From Dickeya solani IPO 2222 (GTDB lineage: Bacteria; Pseudomonadota; Gammaproteobacteria; Enterobacterales; Enterobacteriaceae): a stretch of 32,000 bases of DNA. Under the pieces are notes generated by a model. The model saw only the letters and a program-made list of their open reading frames with translations, did no database searches and was not told the origin of the DNA. Below are positions 29,428 through 32,000 of the stretch, piece by piece. The position numbers and the translations under genes are program-made. Positions within the stretch are counted from its first letter, which is position 1. Every line of letters starts with the position of its first letter. The stretch is taken from the NCBI RefSeq assembly GCF_001644705.1, contig NZ_CP015137.1, positions 3,330,001-3,362,000 of the forward strand, given 5' to 3'.

Positions 29428-30912
29428 TTAGCGATAGCTGGCATTTATTGATCGTGAGGACAGATAGTCCAGTGTGCTGCCAAGCAGAATCGCCAGTGTC
29501 GCCAGTATGACGCCGGCGGTCATCAGCATGTTTTCCGCGCCGGTGTTTCCCAACCAGCCCAGACCCATCATTCCCCAGACCAGCAGTCCGCCGGCAAACA
29601 GCACGCAGCCGATAAAAAACAGGCGGGAAGCCAGCGTATAAAGGTGTGGATAGGCGTTGCGACGAGTGAAGTCGCCTCCCGATTGCGCCTGTTCCAGCGA
29701 TGGGCGGCAAATTTTCAACAGGAACAGCCCTGGGATGGCGATGATGATCGAAAACAGGTAAAACCATGCCCAGCCATACAGTTCGACAAACCAGCCGGCA
29801 ATCGGGCCGACGTAAACCCGCCCGACGGCCGACAGGGCGGACAGCAGGGCGAACTGGGTCGCGGAAAACGATTTGTTACAAAGCGCCATTAATAGCGCCA
29901 CAAAGGCTGCGGTTCCCATGCCGCCGCACAGGTTTTCCAGAAACACCGCCGATGCCATGGTTACTAACTGCTTGTCCGTGACGGCCAGCAGCCAGTAACC
30001 AGCATTCGACACGGCCTGCAGTAGGCCGAACAGCATCAATGATCGGAATAGCGTCCAGCGCTGCATCAGTACTCCGCCGTACAGTGCGCCGATAATTGTG
30101 GCAAACAGGCCCAGCGTCTTGTTGACCAACCCCACTTCGCCGGGATTGAAACCGACTCCTCGGATCAGAAAGGTGGTGCTGAGGCTGGCGGCAAACGCAT
30201 CACCCAGCTTGTACAGCACAATCAGCATCAGAATCAGCCAGGCGTTATTGCGGCTGAAAAAATCTTTCAGCGGCGCGAAGACCGCCTGCTCAAGAGATCG
30301 CGGAGCGGGTTCGCTGACGGCTGGCTCCGGCGACAGCCAGGTCGCTAACGTGCATAGCAACAAAAGACCCGCCATCAGCCAGTAGGTGGCGTGCCAGCCG
30401 AGAAAACGATCGGCAATCCACAATGCCAGACCACCGGAAACCAGCATGGCCAACCGATAGCCCAGAACGGAAATGGCCGCACCGCTGCCGCGCTCTTCGG
30501 GCGGCAACAAATCGGTTTTGTACGCATCAAACACGATATCCTGCGACGCGGAACAGAACGCGATGATGACAGCCAGCGTCGCCAGCCACCATAAATGATG
30601 CGAGGGATTCAGCGTGCCGATAAAAACGATAGCCACCGCCAGCGCCAACTGCGTCACCAGCAGCCAGCCGCGGCGGCGCCCCATAAACGGGGGTGTGTAG
30701 CGGTCCATCAGCGGCGACCACAGGAACTTGAATACATAGGCTTGCCCCACCAGCGAAAAGAACCCGATGGTTTTCAGATCCACATTTTCCACCGTCATCC
30801 ACGCCTGCAACGTGCCTGAGGTCAACGCCAGCGGTAAACCCGAGGCGAAACCCAGAATCAGAAGAATGACATTGTTGCGTTCACGGAAAAGCGAAAAAAG
30901 ACGGCTGAGCAT
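29428..30912 (-). CDS. ampG: Muropeptide permease AmpG (MFS, 494 aa)
   Basis: From the ATG at 30912, which follows AAGGAcctcgc, MLSRLFSLFRERNNVILLILGFASGLPLALTSGTLQAWMTVEN... aligns with E. coli AmpG (...SAILLILGFASGLPLALTSGTLQAWMTVEN). The ORF-track start at 30945 runs through an intergenic hairpin. Confidence 0.94.
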   Translation of the reverse strand: MLSRLFSLFRERNNVILLILGFASGLPLALTSGTLQAWMTVENVDLKTIGFFSLVGQAYVFKFLWSPLMDRYTPPFMGRRRGWLLVTQLALAVAIVFIGTLNPSHHLWWLATLAVIIAFCSASQDIVFDAYKTDLLPPEERGSGAAISVLGYRLAMLVSGGLALWIADRFLGWHATYWLMAGLLLLCTLATWLSPEPAVSEPAPRSLEQAVFAPLKDFFSRNNAWLILMLIVLYKLGDAFAASLSTTFLIRGVGFNPGEVGLVNKTLGLFATIIGALYGGVLMQRWTLFRSLMLFGLLQAVSNAGYWLLAVTDKQLVTMASAVFLENLCGGMGTAAFVALLMALCNKSFSATQFALLSALSAVGRVYVGPIAGWFVELYGWAWFYLFSIIIAIPGLFLLKICRPSLEQAQSGGDFTRRNAYPHLYTLASRLFFIGCVLFAGGLLVWGMMGLGWLGNTGAENMLMTAGVILATLAILLGSTLDYLSSRSINASYR

Positions 30913-30925
30913 GCGAGGTCCTTTT

Positions 30926-30948
30926 CCCTTGCCCTGACAGGGCAAGGG
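30926..30948 (-). promoter_or_regulatory. Perfect hairpin in the yajG-ampG intercistronic spacer
   Basis: CCCTTGCCCTG-a-CAGGGCAAGGG has 11-bp arms. It lies 18 nt after the yajG stop and immediately 5' of the ampG Shine-Dalgarno sequence. No U-tract follows it. Confidence 0.5.
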
Positions 30949-30966
30949 GATGAGGCGAATAAACGG

Positions 30967-31545
30967 TTACCGGGAGTTGGTTTTGATGAACGTACTGATG
31001 CTGGTGTCCTGAGCCATATCGCTGATGACATCACTCAGTACCTGATTAACCGACGCGGTAATCTTGCTGTTGGTGGCGGTAAGCGCACCTTGTACATTAT
31101 AGCTGGCGCGGTAGTTCTTGATCTGCTTATTGCCGTTGGCGGCCTGCGCGATGATGGAGATATCCGCGCGGGTGGTGATGTTGTAGCGCAGATTGCCTTC
31201 GGCGACATCCGCGAACAGAGTATTAACCACGACCTGCAGCGCCACCGGGCCGCCGGTACCGATCATGTAACCGCGGGTCGACATTTGTTTCTCCAGCACT
31301 TCCTGCAGCAGGAAACGCAGGTCGCGCGACGGCGTCAGCGTCACCAATTGGCCGTCACGATTGACCCGCGCCAGCGACTGGTCGGCACGCTGGTCGGCGC
31401 CGTTGATGCTGATGGTCACGCCCATCAGGGTCGGATCCTGCGAAGGCAGGGTGATTTTCGGGGTGACATCCAGCGTGTTGCTCTTGCTGGCGCATCCTGC
31501 CAGCACAAGTGCGGCGAACAGCGGGAAAATGAATTTTTTTAACAT
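30967..31545 (-). CDS. yajG: Lipoprotein YajG (192 aa)
   Basis: From the ATG at 31545, MLKKFIFPLFAALVLAGCA carries a lipobox. ...MGVTISINGADQRADQSLARVNRDGQLVTLTPSRDLRFLLQEVLEKQM aligns with remembered E. coli YajG, which has the same length. Confidence 0.94.
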   Translation of the reverse strand: MLKKFIFPLFAALVLAGCASKSNTLDVTPKITLPSQDPTLMGVTISINGADQRADQSLARVNRDGQLVTLTPSRDLRFLLQEVLEKQMSTRGYMIGTGGPVALQVVVNTLFADVAEGNLRYNITTRADISIIAQAANGNKQIKNYRASYNVQGALTATNSKITASVNQVLSDVISDMAQDTSISTFIKTNSR

Positions 31546-31870
31546 GCGTCTCTTCTCGTCATGAAACGGTGGTGGGCTAATAAACATAGTTAGGTATCAT
31601 ATCATCGTCTTGGACAAGGGAAAGAGCAGAAAGTGGCCAGTATCCTTATGAGCCGCATTCCTTTTTTCCATCATACTTAGCGCGAATGAGGTTCGAAACC
31701 GGATGATGGCATACCGGGATGACAAATCCGCTCTCTCCGCGTATCCGGATAATCAATTATTTCCATTAATAATCAAAAAATGACTAAAATTGAAGTGGAT
31801 AAGCGTGCAGTCAGTGATAAAAACCGTTTTATCGACGCAATGTTCACTGATGCCGGAAAAAGGTAACCCT

Positions 31871-32000
31871 ATGATTCGTGAAACGATAGAAGCCAAGTTA
31901 CGTTCGGAGTTCGAACCGCAACATCTTGAAGTCATTGATGAAAGTTATCGTCATAATGTACCTGCCGGTTCTGAAAGCCATTTCAAGGTGGTGCTGGTCA
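31871..32000 (+). CDS. bolA: Morphogene/stress protein BolA; 3' end cut by window edge
   Basis: ATG at 31871. [43 protein letters not shown] matches E. coli BolA ([44 protein letters not shown]). It is not in the ORF track because the window ends before the stop. Confidence 0.92.
   Translation, partial: MIRETIEAKLRSEFEPQHLEVIDESYRHNVPAGSESHFKVVLV

Noticed and set aside
31686-31700. GGTTCGAAACC, resembling a tRNA T-loop (GGTTCGAATCC), upstream of bolA.
   Set aside because: The flanking sequence cannot form a T-stem, acceptor stem or the rest of a cloverleaf. It is most likely a chance match.

Overview
This window is mostly conserved enterobacterial core chromosome, colinear with the E. coli yajC-secDF ... 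cyoEDCBA-ampG-yajG-bolA region. Spot counts of 60-mers give about 52-63% GC. Together with an ERIC-type repeat, this makes me guess a Pectobacteriaceae-like genome such as Dickeya, but I cannot verify that.

I can support 32 protein-coding genes (two cut by the window edges), one small leader ORF, several intrinsic terminators and one short ERIC-like repeat. I see no rRNA, tRNA, CRISPR array, transposase, integrase, phage gene or recognisable defence or toxin-antitoxin module.

Differences from the E. coli gene order as I remember it:
- yajD and tsx are absent after secF.
- A P-type Mg2+ ATPase gene (mgtA) with a long structured leader and an unannotated proline-rich leader ORF (mgtL-like) sits between a YajI-like lipoprotein gene and nrdR.
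- yajO is absent between pgpA and dxs.
- A secreted SnoaL/NTF2-like protein gene lies between yajQ and yajR.
- A three-gene module lies between yajR and cyoE: an AraC/cupin regulator, an atypical SDR lacking YxxxK, and an MBL-fold protein lacking HxHxDH.

I do not find convincing evidence for a novel multi-gene system here. The best leads are the mgtA leader architecture and the three-gene module with two enzymes whose catalytic motifs look degenerate. All homology statements come from my memory of E. coli or Salmonella proteins and family motifs, not from a search.
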